Positions 8,606-18,152 of a stretch of DNA of 64,000 nt are shown piece by piece. The stretch is from a virus. Where the stretch lies: IMG/VR virus record IMGVR_UViG_3300050821_017570, positions 1 through 64,000 of that record. One strand, given 5' to 3'. Under the pieces are notes generated by a model. That model searched no databases and was not told where the DNA came from. It worked only from the letters and a program-made list of their open reading frames with translations. Both the position numbers and the translations under genes were made by a program. Positions within the stretch are counted from its first letter, which is position 1. The number at the start of each line of letters is the position of its first letter.

Positions 8606-11353
8606 CTAGACGGTAATCCAGCTACCGCCGGTATACACGTAGAGTGCCATGCTGGTGGTATCATAGACCAACGGAACCGCAGCCGGCCATGCCTCAGGTG
8701 TACCCGTCGGGGTACCGGCGCAGGTCGGGATGTAGAGGAACCCATTGGTCGCGGAGGTCGATAGTGCGGTACCGGAACTCACCACGACTGAACCAGCTGC
8801 GGTGAGGCTGGCGGTACCAGTGGTGATCGTCACGTTGGTACCAGCCGCGGCAGGCGCGTCGAGTGCCAGTACGATCGAAAAGTCTAGATTCGAACCAGTG
8901 CCACAGCTGACCGTAGGGGCGCCGATATGAACGGCATTGAATTGTGACGCTCCTGAAAGCGCGGCAAAGACTTGTGTCGGTTGTACAATATCGATTGCGC
9001 TGCCACCGGCGGTAGCGCCGCTGCCGATACCACCACTACCATAGAAGCGAATAATGTCAGCGGATGCGCCGGAATCATAGATTGAGAAAAAGACATTTCC
9101 GCCAGACATGCCAACCGCCGCAGTGGCATTGATGACTAGGCCGAAGCGGTCTGTCGACACCGATTGGAATGTAAAGCCAGCATAGCCAACAATACCGGCC
9201 CCAACGGTAGAGCCGAACGTCATCAGATCACGAGAATTGCTCGTTGTGAGTGCAACGGTCGAACCGTTGTAGGTAAAGTTACCGGACCCTGTGATGGTTG
9301 CGGTGCCGGACCCGTATGCGACCTGGTTGGCAGTAATGGATCCACCAATCCCACCAACCGTACTCCAGCTGCCGTTGTAGAAGTAGATCCCACCACTGGA
9401 GCTGTTGTAGACGACCGGAATACACGATCCCATCGTCACAGGCGTACCGGTTGGGACGCCGGCGCATGATGGGATATAGAGGAACCCAGCTGTGGTAGAG
9501 GTTGATAAGGCGGCGCTGCCAATCGCAACCGACCCACCGCTTGGGTTCAGAAGCAGCGATACAGGCCCGTTGTTGGCTTGGATCGATTGGATCGCATTGG
9601 CGGTTAGGCTGGTGTCGGTGACAAAATTGGTGAAGAGCCCAAACGTACCAGTGTTACCGATGTTGACCGCAACACTGCCGTCGTTGGCAAACAGATGACT
9701 CCCGCCATCGACCTCCAACGTACCCTGTGAGATCAGCGCTGAAGTGGCCGTGATGTCGGGGGCCTGGAATAGTGCACCCGCCGTAACGGTACCCCCACCT
9801 GGATTCAACTGCAGGAGTGTGTCACCAACACTCGCCTGGATCGCCTGAATCGACATCGCACCAGCACCGGTGTTGGTCACAATATTCAGGAAGAAGTTTG
9901 TCCCCGAAGTGCTGCCGATGTTGACAGCCGTACTATTGTTGGCGAACAGGTTGGACCCACCTGTTGTAACCAGACTCGGGATCGTAACTGTGCTGCTACC
10001 TGAGTTGTAGGTAAAGCTCGATGACCCCGCGATCGTATTGGCGGTAACGTCACCGTAGGCGACCTGACCCGAAGTGATCGACCCACCAATCCCACCACCC
10101 CCGCCGGTTGCGGCGATCGTCAGGAGGGTACCAGAGTCGGTGATCGTGATACCGGAACCGGAATTGATGGTCTTAAAGACCAAAGTTGACGAAGTCGAAT
10201 TGACTGAGTCAAACACCGCGTATGTGCCACCACCCTCGTTCGAACCACCCGTTACGGTACCGGAACCGCTCGCGGTCGACGCGATCGTGATGGCGGTGCC
10301 GGACGGGGTCAACGTGATGTTGGAGCCAGCAATCAGTGACTTGAAGAAGAGTGTCGAAGCGGTCGAGTTGGTGGCGTCGAAAACCGCCGAACCCGAACCT
10401 TCACTCGATCCGCCCGTTACGGTACCGGCCCCAAGTGGCCCAACGGTAGTTCCGCCAGCATGGTAGAACAATCCACTGCTGGTCATCCATTCATCGCCAT
10501 TATTGGGCGACGTGGGGGCCGTACCCTGAGGGAGGTTCAGTCCTGCCCCACCGGTAGTCGAGGCGGCCGTCTGCAGGAGCCCCGTGAGGGTCTCACCACC
10601 GGTAAGGCTGAGGAGGCTTCCGTTGTAGGTGAGGCCGGAACTTCCGGCGATCGTGTTGGTACCAGAGCCGACCGCCACCTGATTGGTCGCGATCGTCCCA
10701 CCAATCGTCCCACCACCACCGCTCCCACCAATCAGCGCGATACTGATGTAGTTGGCATACTGGTACGTATTGAGGGCGATGGCCCCACCGGTGCCGGTCT
10801 GAATGATCTGAACGTTGAGCGTATCACCCATCGTCATCTGGATGATGTCACCACCCCCGCCCTCAACCCCGATGAAAGCAGCCGCCTGAACATTCCCGCC
10901 GTTGGGGCTCGAATAGACCGATCCGTTCACATAGATGTAGAGGGACCAGTAGGTTGAGACTGACCACGTGGCGCCCGCAAATAGAAAGCTGGCGTTGACC
11001 TGGTAGTAACCAGTAGCCGGCGCGGTGAAGGTCCAACTGGCACCCGTGGTGACCGTACCGTGTGGATCATACACCATGGTGTCGTAATTGATGACCGTAT
11101 TGGCATTGTAGGGGATCGACTGCCCTAGCGTCGCCACATACCTCGCCACCTCAGTCCCTGGGGCGACCGGTGGGGCTACCCAGGTTGGCTGAGACGTCGA
11201 ACCCGTCGATGCCAGCAGGTATCCAGATGTGCCAAACCCAACCCCAGTGCCCAAGCCATTCACATCGGTCGTCACGACCGAATAGGCGGGACCTTTGATT
11301 TTGCCCAAAAGGGCCTGGTAGAGATTCGAGCTGATACCGCTGGTAATACCCAT
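8606..11353 (-). CDS. Tail fibre-like protein with N-terminal C1q-like beta sandwich
   Basis: 915 aa, G/S/T-rich; TVINYDTMVYD...FTAPATGYYQVNASF; repeated IGGSITxxQVAYG modules; two GFLYIP modules. Confidence 0.75.
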   Translation of the reverse strand: MGITSGISSNLYQALLGKIKGPAYSVVTTDVNGLGTGVGFGTSGYLLASTGSTSQPTWVAPPVAPGTEVARYVATLGQSIPYNANTVINYDTMVYDPHGTVTTGASWTFTAPATGYYQVNASFLFAGATWSVSTYWSLYIYVNGSVYSSPNGGNVQAAAFIGVEGGGGDIIQMTMGDTLNVQIIQTGTGGAIALNTYQYANYISIALIGGSGGGGTIGGTIATNQVAVGSGTNTIAGSSGLTYNGSLLSLTGGETLTGLLQTAASTTGGAGLNLPQGTAPTSPNNGDEWMTSSGLFYHAGGTTVGPLGAGTVTGGSSEGSGSAVFDATNSTASTLFFKSLIAGSNITLTPSGTAITIASTASGSGTVTGGSNEGGGTYAVFDSVNSTSSTLVFKTINSGSGITITDSGTLLTIAATGGGGGIGGSITSGQVAYGDVTANTIAGSSSFTYNSGSSTVTIPSLVTTGGSNLFANNSTAVNIGSTSGTNFFLNIVTNTGAGAMSIQAIQASVGDTLLQLNPGGGTVTAGALFQAPDITATSALISQGTLEVDGGSHLFANDGSVAVNIGNTGTFGLFTNFVTDTSLTANAIQSIQANNGPVSLLLNPSGGSVAIGSAALSTSTTAGFLYIPSCAGVPTGTPVTMGSCIPVVYNSSSGGIYFYNGSWSTVGGIGGSITANQVAYGSGTATITGSGNFTYNGSTVALTTSNSRDLMTFGSTVGAGIVGYAGFTFQSVSTDRFGLVINATAAVGMSGGNVFFSIYDSGASADIIRFYGSGGIGSGATAGGSAIDIVQPTQVFAALSGASQFNAVHIGAPTVSCGTGSNLDFSIVLALDAPAAAGTNVTITTGTASLTAAGSVVVSSGTALSTSATNGFLYIPTCAGTPTGTPEAWPAAVPLVYDTTSMALYVYTGGSWITV

Positions 11354-11365
11354 ATCTGGCCAGTC

Positions 11366-11722
11366 TTAGAACAGGCCGGCAACAGAGCCGGTGGCCGTAA
11401 CACCTGACCCATTGGCGAGCACGTATAACATATCTCCGCCCTGGAAGGTTGTTTTGTCATCAAGAGACTGACGCTCACCTGCCAATAGTGGTTGGTTGGC
11501 CACAATCAGATGCTGTGGTACATCACTTGAAAGGATCGGAACCGTACCGCCATTGGGCACCCGCCAGAGCCACCAGTTGACGGTCGATCCACTGGTATTC
11601 AGCATGAGAAACTGAAACGCAGTTGATGATGGAGTTGTGCCACTCGACGGAGCCGTATACATAAGGGTTGCGGTTGATGCCGTCAGGACCTGACCTGGGA
11701 TACGAAATAGTGTACTACTCAT
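11366..11722 (-). CDS. Small tail-associated structural protein
   Basis: 118-aa beta-rich ORF between fibre genes. Confidence 0.6.
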   Translation of the reverse strand: MSSTLFRIPGQVLTASTATLMYTAPSSGTTPSSTAFQFLMLNTSGSTVNWWLWRVPNGGTVPILSSDVPQHLIVANQPLLAGERQSLDDKTTFQGGDMLYVLANGSGVTATGSVAGLF

Positions 11723-12276
11723 ATAGCAGCCTTAATAGCATGAACTTCAGTGGCAGGCACAGGGAATTGTTTATTGTGTAGTGCTTCGATAAAAAGTCTG
11801 AACTGATCAATTTCTAAATTAGATTTGAATGAGTTCACAACCGCGCAACATAGTACACAATTAGTTTTAAGGTAGCCACGCTCGGGATACATTCGATCGA
11901 CTGAGGTTGCAAACGGATCTCCACGATGAGTTAGAAACACCATGGGGACACCCGAATAGTGGCACAGCCCTTGCTGCGTATCCCATCGTTGTTTAAACCA
12001 ATCTTCGTCGAGATCAAATAAAATTTGTCCCTTTTTAGCACGCCCTTCTATATTTTTTATCTTACTTCGATAAGGGTTAGATCTGTACGCTTTTATAGCA
12101 CGATCAGCCGCACAACGATGACAAACGTAACTACAAGTCACGATCATCTCACTTGCCAAAAATCCCCTAGTACATACTGAGCATATAAACTGTCGTCCAT
12201 CACATAGACGCCGACTATCGTCTAGTTCTTGTTTCAGCTTATGCCGGTGAATGACCATTGAACGTGGTGTTGGCAT
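11719..12276 (-). mobile_element. Free-standing HNH/His-Cys-type homing endonuclease gene
   Basis: QQGLCHYSG...SVDRMYPERGYLKTNCVLCCAVVNSFK; N-terminal Cys clusters; visibly AT-richer than flanks; inserted between structural genes. Confidence 0.7.
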
Positions 12277-12279
12277 TTG

Positions 12280-13626
12280 TTACGAGCCAAATACTAGGGC
12301 GGCTACTATTGGATCAATAGTGCTCGAACCAGACGCCGTGATGGTGATGTCGACACTATTGTTGCCCGGGTTATCAACCGCCGTTGCTCCACCACCGATG
12401 AAGTTCAGGATCGGACGTGTGGCCACCGGTGTACCCGCTACCTCAACCTCAACACCAATCCAACTGAGATAGAGATCTGCCATTAGGTTGCCCCCACCCG
12501 TTAGATAGGACTGAGGGCTGGAGAGCGTGAAGATACTGCGGGTCAGCGGAACAAACGTCCCTGAGAGATCGAACCACCCGTTGGAGGTATTGCCAGGGTT
12601 GCGGGCCAACACCTGGTTGGCTGCCGTGGCGCCGCTGATGTCGTTCGGCTGGATCGCCCGGAAGGTTGGGGCCCCACTGCCGGAGCCGATCGTGGGACCG
12701 ATGAAGGCAAACCCAGCCCCAACGCTCGATGCGTTGGTTCCCGTCCCACCCTGGGCCAGCGAGATGGTCCCGGTGGCGATCTGGCTGGCATCCAGCGAAA
12801 CCGGATCACTCCCCGAGATCCCATGGGTCGAAGCATGCGCGGATGGAGGAAAGCTAGTCGGCACGCTCGATAGGTGTGACCAAGGTACCGTAGCGGAAAA
12901 TGCCGGAACCCCAGCGGTCCAGTAGAGATAGCCGGCCCCAGCCGATGCATTGATACCCAACCCACCAACCGCAGCCGAAACCGTACCGGTCAGAATGTCG
13001 GAACCATCGATGGCTCGGAAGCTAGGTACGCCGGACGAACCCAGTGGGGCCAGAAACCCGTAGTGCTGGGTCTGAGATCCATTGATGTACCCGTACTGGG
13101 TAGCATTGAGATGGTAGTACTGGGCGGTCGTTCCGCCCTGGAGCGAACCCAGCAGGTTGTGCGTGATGATGGTCGAGACATCGACCCAAACGGTACCGTT
13201 GTAGAGGAGGATGATTTGGGTATCACGGACGAAGCTAACGTAGCCGATTGTTGGCGTTACGAAGCTCCAGGACGTGCCGTTATCGAGCGCCAGTGTCCCA
13301 GCAGGCTGTGAACCCCAATCGGGCCCTGTGGGGCTCGCTGGAAGGATATAGCGGGCACCAGCGACGTGTGAGCCAGGCTCGGCTGCCGTTGTGGCCGACA
13401 ACACCGGAAGCTGCCAGGTGAGCCCACCTGCGTAGCTGGCTACGAATGCCTGAGTAGTTAGGTCAGCAGGGTTGGACCCATCGACGCCAGCCTGAGCGGC
13501 CACAAATGGGTTAGCCCCACTGGTGAGGACCACTGTGGAAGGCAATGTGGAGATATCGAAGGCCCCGGCCCCAATTTGGGCCATATCGGAGCCATTCCAT
13601 CCAATCGGGGTACCGGGACCGGTCAT
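12280..13626 (-). CDS. Tail fibre-like protein containing a DUF2793-like domain
   Basis: GARYILPASPTGPDWGSQ...WSFVTPTIGYVSFVRD...YNGTVW; G/S/T-rich; C-terminal IDPIVAALVFGS. Confidence 0.7.
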   Translation of the reverse strand: MTGPGTPIGWNGSDMAQIGAGAFDISTLPSTVVLTSGANPFVAAQAGVDGSNPADLTTQAFVASYAGGLTWQLPVLSATTAAEPGSHVAGARYILPASPTGPDWGSQPAGTLALDNGTSWSFVTPTIGYVSFVRDTQIILLYNGTVWVDVSTIITHNLLGSLQGGTTAQYYHLNATQYGYINGSQTQHYGFLAPLGSSGVPSFRAIDGSDILTGTVSAAVGGLGINASAGAGYLYWTAGVPAFSATVPWSHLSSVPTSFPPSAHASTHGISGSDPVSLDASQIATGTISLAQGGTGTNASSVGAGFAFIGPTIGSGSGAPTFRAIQPNDISGATAANQVLARNPGNTSNGWFDLSGTFVPLTRSIFTLSSPQSYLTGGGNLMADLYLSWIGVEVEVAGTPVATRPILNFIGGGATAVDNPGNNSVDITITASGSSTIDPIVAALVFGS

Positions 13627-13669
13627 GCTGATACGTTACCCTACGGTCGAATCCGAGCCAGCCTACCGG

Positions 13670-14833
13670 CTAGCGTGCTATCTGGGTGAGAAACTCATAG
13701 GCTCGTAGGAGATGCCGATCTGGTTTGTGGTCTGGTAGGCTGTCCAACGCAAGCTGGTAGGCCTCCACAGGTGTGGTGCGGGTGTCGTCATCATCATCAT
13801 AATCGGTCCAATTGAAATGCGGGGTCGGAATGGCGCTTCCACAATCGTTGACCCCAAGGTACTCCTGAGTCGCTGCCGCCAGCCCACTCACGATACCGCT
13901 CCGACACTCGTAGGCCCAACGCCTCATAATATCCTTTTGCCGGTACATCAGGTTGATCGGCAGGAGTGGGCCGATCGTCTCAAACCGATGGGTCCACTGC
14001 TCGATTTCCAGAAGATCGTGCTCCATATCCCCGTTTAGGTTCGGTCCATACCGTATGACATACCGGTAGAGGAGGCTGCCATCGATCCGCGGGACCGACA
14101 GCTGTGGCAGTAGGTATCGGCTGCCCGCGTACACGAGAGGTGGGTAGGCCGTGTCGAGCCACTCCAGATCACCCACCGTGAGGCCTTCTCGAATCGCCTC
14201 TCTGGTCTCCACAATCATGGCGGCCAACTCCATCGCCTCGGGCCCTACCTGGCTGTTCCAGTACTGGTACGCGTGGCGGTAGTTGGTGATCTGGAAGAAA
14301 TGCGTCATCTCGTGCAGAATAATCGCCCTGGTGGGTAGCCCGGTTTTCGAGTACGGCACCCGCGGTATCACAACCGTCCCCTTGTAGGTGACATGGGCAA
14401 ACCCTGCGATCGGCGCCTGGGCTAGCACGAACTGGTGGTGTCGCCGCTCAATGAATGACTTCAGGACCACAATATCCGACATGGTGGCGGGCTGACTGGG
14501 TAGCCGATCAAACAGCTCGATCGCCCGTATCAGCAGCTGAACCGCCCGGACCCGTCGATCGAGTCGTGGTCCATCGAACGTTCGGATCTCCTGCCAAAGT
14601 GCTGGCGCGAGCGCGATATGCTCACACAGATCCATCGCGTCCCCAACCCCAAGTTCCCACGCCGCACCTCTGGTCCATAGGCGTGGGTTGTTGATACGAC
14701 CATCGTGAATGGCTGTCAGTGGGGTACCGGTGTTGGTCGTGGGAAGCAACCACTCCTGCTCATCCGGTGTCATCGGCGGAGCAGGAGTGTGGGGGAAGAG
14801 GGTTCCGAGCCAACAGATCAATGCGAGCAGCAT
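13670..14833 (-). CDS. Putative exported zinc metallopeptidase (zincin)
   Basis: Hydrophobic N-terminus MLLALICWLGTLF; HExxH motif IILHEMTHFF. Confidence 0.55.
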   Translation of the reverse strand: MLLALICWLGTLFPHTPAPPMTPDEQEWLLPTTNTGTPLTAIHDGRINNPRLWTRGAAWELGVGDAMDLCEHIALAPALWQEIRTFDGPRLDRRVRAVQLLIRAIELFDRLPSQPATMSDIVVLKSFIERRHHQFVLAQAPIAGFAHVTYKGTVVIPRVPYSKTGLPTRAIILHEMTHFFQITNYRHAYQYWNSQVGPEAMELAAMIVETREAIREGLTVGDLEWLDTAYPPLVYAGSRYLLPQLSVPRIDGSLLYRYVIRYGPNLNGDMEHDLLEIEQWTHRFETIGPLLPINLMYRQKDIMRRWAYECRSGIVSGLAAATQEYLGVNDCGSAIPTPHFNWTDYDDDDDTRTTPVEAYQLALDSLPDHKPDRHLLRAYEFLTQIAR

Positions 14834-14854
14834 CGGATCCCCCTACGTGATAGC

Positions 14855-14886
14855 AAAAAGAAAGAACTCCCGCCACTAGGGCGGGT
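14855..14886 (-). terminator. Rho-independent terminator
   Basis: Minus strand CCCGCC-CTAGT-GGCGGG followed by a T-rich tract, just after the HNH stop. Confidence 0.65.
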
Positions 14887-14888
14887 GA

Positions 14889-15812
14889 CTAGATCGGTAG
14901 ACTTAACTCTTGACGCTTAGCACAGACCGCAGCATAGGCTTCTTCAGCAGTAGCGAATCCACTACAGGTGAACTTCTTACCACTGGTAACGAAAGCCCAG
15001 TAAAACGACTTCTTATTCCTCGCCTGAAAGACACGGTCAAACCCGAGGCCATTGGGTCGTCCAAGCGCCGTACGGCTAGTTATACCGGCTACTTCGACAA
15101 TTTTATGCTCCCGCCGCGGCTTCTGCCATTCACCATCCCACTTATCGTTCTTAGACGCATTGTCTTTCTGCCACATCGGTTGTAGGTTTGTGTAGTGTAC
15201 CGCTACAGCTAACTGAGCTTGATCAGTTAAGTCAAACGACGCCAACGGCCGCTTGTGGTCAATGTGCCAACCATAATAGGTATAGTTGTCCCATGACATA
15301 CCTTCTGTCCACAGCGACTCAATATAAGCCATCAATTCTTCAGGTGTGCAACCTAAATGAGTTTTCAAGACTGTACCGCTGTAACCGGTCTTCAGTACTC
15401 TATAGATACGATTTCTTATATTAAGTTTCACTCGTAAATCTGGTTCAGTAGCATACCGCTCTTTAGCGCGTGCTGCTTTCTTGTCTATACGAGCTGGTGT
15501 CCTATCGTAGCCGGTTTGTTGCGCCCACGTTCTGTTAGCCGCGTTGTGCTTTTCACGTGCCTCAGGGCTGAGGTTTTTATGATACTCACGCATAGCTGCC
15601 ATAAGCCTATCGCGGTTTGCTTCGTAGTGCTTACGTGAGGCTTCAGCGTCGCGTGCCTTAACAGCTGGATCATTGTGGCGTAGAGCAGTTCGGCGAGCAA
15701 CTTCCAGTGCCTTATGCTCTTCAATCTCTTCTGGCGTTGCTGTTCCGTTATTCCGCTTTCGTCGCAACACCAGCCGCCGCTCGCAGCTCACATCTACATG
15801 CTCAGTCGACAT
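14889..15812 (-). mobile_element. HNH homing endonuclease with C-terminal AP2-like DNA-binding region (ORF track start 15920; likely ATG 15812)
   Basis: WDNYTYYGWHIDHKRPLASF...TNLQPMWQKDNASKND; C-terminal GFATAEEAYAAVCAKR; start overlaps the upstream stop. Confidence 0.8.
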
Positions 15813-17025
15813 AGAGTCGACCACACATCGTTTTGCCTCTTTCGGAATCGATCCAGAAGCATGCCTGCTGTGGCGGCTCAGCAGATGCCCCAATGCTAAG
15901 TGCAAAAGCATTAAAGCCAATCAATGAGCCATTAACAATAAAGTCACCACCATCGATCAGCTGATGAAAATGTCCCATTACGCTTAGATCGGCCGGATTA
16001 GGGTTGCTAGCGTTCCATGCAGCTAACCGCTTACGTATTGGTATGGTGATACCGCCAACACCAGAACCGTAGGCGATCTGGTCTCCATGAAGCCAACGCA
16101 CCCTCGTGTTGTATAAGTCAGTGTAAAGATGTGCACCCTCAGCGATCCTAAAGTCCAGCCGCCGTTCAGCACGCCACTCACGCTGTAGTGTCTTATACAT
16201 GAGATAAGACAGCGAGTGTTCCATCATTGTGTTCTGACGTGGCTTTTTGACCATTCTATCGTGGTTACCTGAACACATTGGGAGCACCAAGTGGTCCAAA
16301 TCGCCGTGACTTAGAATATATTCAATACCAGCGCTGATAAGTTCTTGGGCAAACAACACAGCTTTTGTAGGCCCAAGATGGTTAGTCTCTGCCGCATCCT
16401 CCCAAATTCCATTGGTTAAAACGTCCCCCAGAATAGCGAGCACAGCAGTATCGCAAGTTCCGATATGCCTCCAGTTATTCAACATAAACACGTAGGACTG
16501 GAAAACCTTCTTCATTCGGGCTTCAGCGATTTCCAAATTAAATTCGTTGTCAAACCCAGGAATTGAATCTCTAGTAACAGACTCCTCAACATGTAAGTCA
16601 GACAATACACCACAGAAAATTCCCTGGCCTCCGGTGGTGATTGGCTCATCGATACGAATGGTACGAGACCCTTGACCAGCCTCGATACCTCGAAGCAGTT
16701 CAAGCTGTGCCTGGAGTTTCTGGTTCTCCTCTTCAGAGACCTTGAGTTTCTCTGACACATCGTTCTTATCCGCTACAGCCTTAGCAGCCTTACGCTCAGC
16801 AGCCAGCACTACCTTAGGCTCTGGCTTCGGTGTGGCGGCGACCGGTTCACGATCGTGAACCGCCGCCGGCTTCGACATTGCCACCATACCCTTTTGGAGG
16901 GCACGGGCATACCGGTCAGCGAGGGTCTTACGAGGAATTCCAGAAGCAGCCGCGGCGGCCGTAGGGGTACCGTGAATGGTGATGAGATCGAGAGCGTCCT
17001 GACAAACCTGATCGTGATCAGACAT
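15802..17025 (-). CDS. Calcineurin-like metallophosphoesterase with N-terminal HTH (ORF track start 17088; likely ATG 17025)
   Basis: Motifs SDLHVEE, LGDVL, GNHD, LHGD, GHFH; N-terminal AAAASGIPRKTLADR. Confidence 0.8.
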   Translation of the reverse strand: MSDHDQVCQDALDLITIHGTPTAAAAASGIPRKTLADRYARALQKGMVAMSKPAAVHDREPVAATPKPEPKVVLAAERKAAKAVADKNDVSEKLKVSEEENQKLQAQLELLRGIEAGQGSRTIRIDEPITTGGQGIFCGVLSDLHVEESVTRDSIPGFDNEFNLEIAEARMKKVFQSYVFMLNNWRHIGTCDTAVLAILGDVLTNGIWEDAAETNHLGPTKAVLFAQELISAGIEYILSHGDLDHLVLPMCSGNHDRMVKKPRQNTMMEHSLSYLMYKTLQREWRAERRLDFRIAEGAHLYTDLYNTRVRWLHGDQIAYGSGVGGITIPIRKRLAAWNASNPNPADLSVMGHFHQLIDGGDFIVNGSLIGFNAFALSIGASAEPPQQACFWIDSERGKTMCGRLYVD

Positions 17026-17175
17026 AGTCTCTTTCGTGGAGGGGTTGGGTGGGGCGACTATGTCGGATCCGTTTGAGATCGCAACCAAAATCCGCCGCCA
17101 TCCCTAGATCTTCCACCGCCGCCACAATCCCGCCACCACAACCTAATGGGCTAAAACTGTCCCATCACCCGATAG

Positions 17176-17212
17176 CAAAAAATAAGGCACCCCGGGGTTT
17201 GGCCCCGGAGCA
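17176..17212 (-). terminator. Rho-independent terminator after the tRNA cluster
   Basis: GCTCCGGGG-CCAAA-CCCCGGGGT then GCCTTATTTTTT on the minus strand. Confidence 0.7.
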
Positions 17213-17220
17213 CTAGAGGA

Positions 17221-17289
17221 TGGTGGGAAGCAGTGGAGTTGAACCACACGCCCAGCAGGAAGTGCTCTACCAGGCTGAGCTACGCACTG
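17221..17289 (-). pseudogene. Chimeric/defective tRNA-like element (Pro-like 5' half, unrelated 3' half, no normal anticodon arm)
   Basis: CAGTGCG TA GCTC AGCCTGGTA GAGC A CTTCCTGCTGGGCG TGTGG TTCAACT CCACT GCTTCCC A CCA: D-arm, T-arm and CCA present; acceptor strands do not pair; about 7 nt missing. Confidence 0.65.
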
Positions 17290-17292
17290 AAG

Positions 17293-17373
17293 TGGAGACG
17301 TCCAGCTGAGTCGAACAGCTTGCCAGGTGGATTGCAATCACCCCCATGCCCCGCACGGTTTGGCTTGTCCGTC
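17293..17373 (-). tRNA. tRNA-Cys(GCA), atypical
   Basis: Anticodon loop TTGCAAT; T-arm AGCTG-TTCGACT-CAGCT; U73 plus CCA; tandem G.A mismatches in the acceptor; extra nt after the D-arm. Confidence 0.6.
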
Positions 17374-17376
17374 ATA

Positions 17377-17463
17377 TGGCTTGTCGGGTTGGATTCGAAC
17401 CAACGATGGTCTCTCGACTACGGATTAACAGTCCGTTCCCTGCTACCTCTCGGGTACCGACAA
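17377..17463 (-). tRNA. tRNA-Asn(GTT) with long variable arm
   Basis: Acceptor TTGTCGG/CCGACAA, G73, CCA; anticodon arm ACGGA-CTGTTAA-TCCGT; variable arm AGTCGAGAGACCATC; T-arm GTTGG-TTCGAAT-CCAAC. Confidence 0.85.
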
Positions 17464-17466
17464 ATG

Positions 17467-18042
17467 TTATTTCAGACCAAGTCGTTTAGCCCTCTTATGG
17501 ACCGCAGCATCTGAGACACCTAGCTCTTCACCGATTGCCCAAAATGACTTTGTCTTCAGCATCATTTCAAGATCTACAGTATCCCAGTTGAGCTTCCAAG
17601 CCTTTCTACCTGCACACTCCACAGAGCACGTAATCATGTGGTCTGGTTTTAGTTTACCGCACACCCTACATGGTGTCTGTTTAGCGTCACGAGCCACCTT
17701 TCTATAATCTGCGTACTCCTCATTAAATCGGTTGGCGTCGATAGGGACTACAGCAACTCCAGCGTGTATTTCTACATGACATCTGTTACAAACCATGACA
17801 CATTTTCGCATTTCTGCTACTATGTGATCCCAGCTTCTAATATTCGCTCTCAGTTCGCCAGCACCTTCAATCTTGTCATGTGCGTCTAAGTGATGGAACT
17901 GTAAACACCCGCTGTGTACAGAATACCCGCAAACGCAGCAGCTACCGCCAAAAGCAGTTACTAGACGCGCCTTCGTACGTCGACGCCACTCTTTAACGCG
18001 TTCAGAATATATAGACATGGTGGTAGTGTGTGCAGTTAACAT
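17467..18042 (-). mobile_element. HNH-type homing endonuclease inside the tRNA cluster
   Basis: CCVCGY...LQFHHLD...EMRKCVMVCNRCHVEIH; C-terminal HTH (AIGEELGVSDAAVHKR); AT-richer. Confidence 0.8.
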
Positions 18043-18078
18043 AAGCTGTCAAGGTTAGACTGTTACCAAGTTGAACAA

Positions 18079-18148
18079 ACCATCCTGCGTGAATCGAACA
18101 CGCGTTAGCGCCTTGGAAGGGCACCGCCTACCACTGACAGAAGGATGG
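18079..18148 (-). tRNA. tRNA-Gly(TCC), CCA not encoded
   Basis: Acceptor CCATCCT/AGGATGG, U73; anticodon arm GTGCC-CTTCCAA-GGCGC; T-arm GCGTG-TTCGATT-CACGC. Confidence 0.8.
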
Positions 18149-18152
18149 ATAA

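Noticed and set aside
17361-17386. Direct repeat TGGCTTGTC at the tRNA-Asn/tRNA-Cys junction as an attachment site
   Set aside because: Only 9 bp and no integrase in the window; could reflect local duplication or chance
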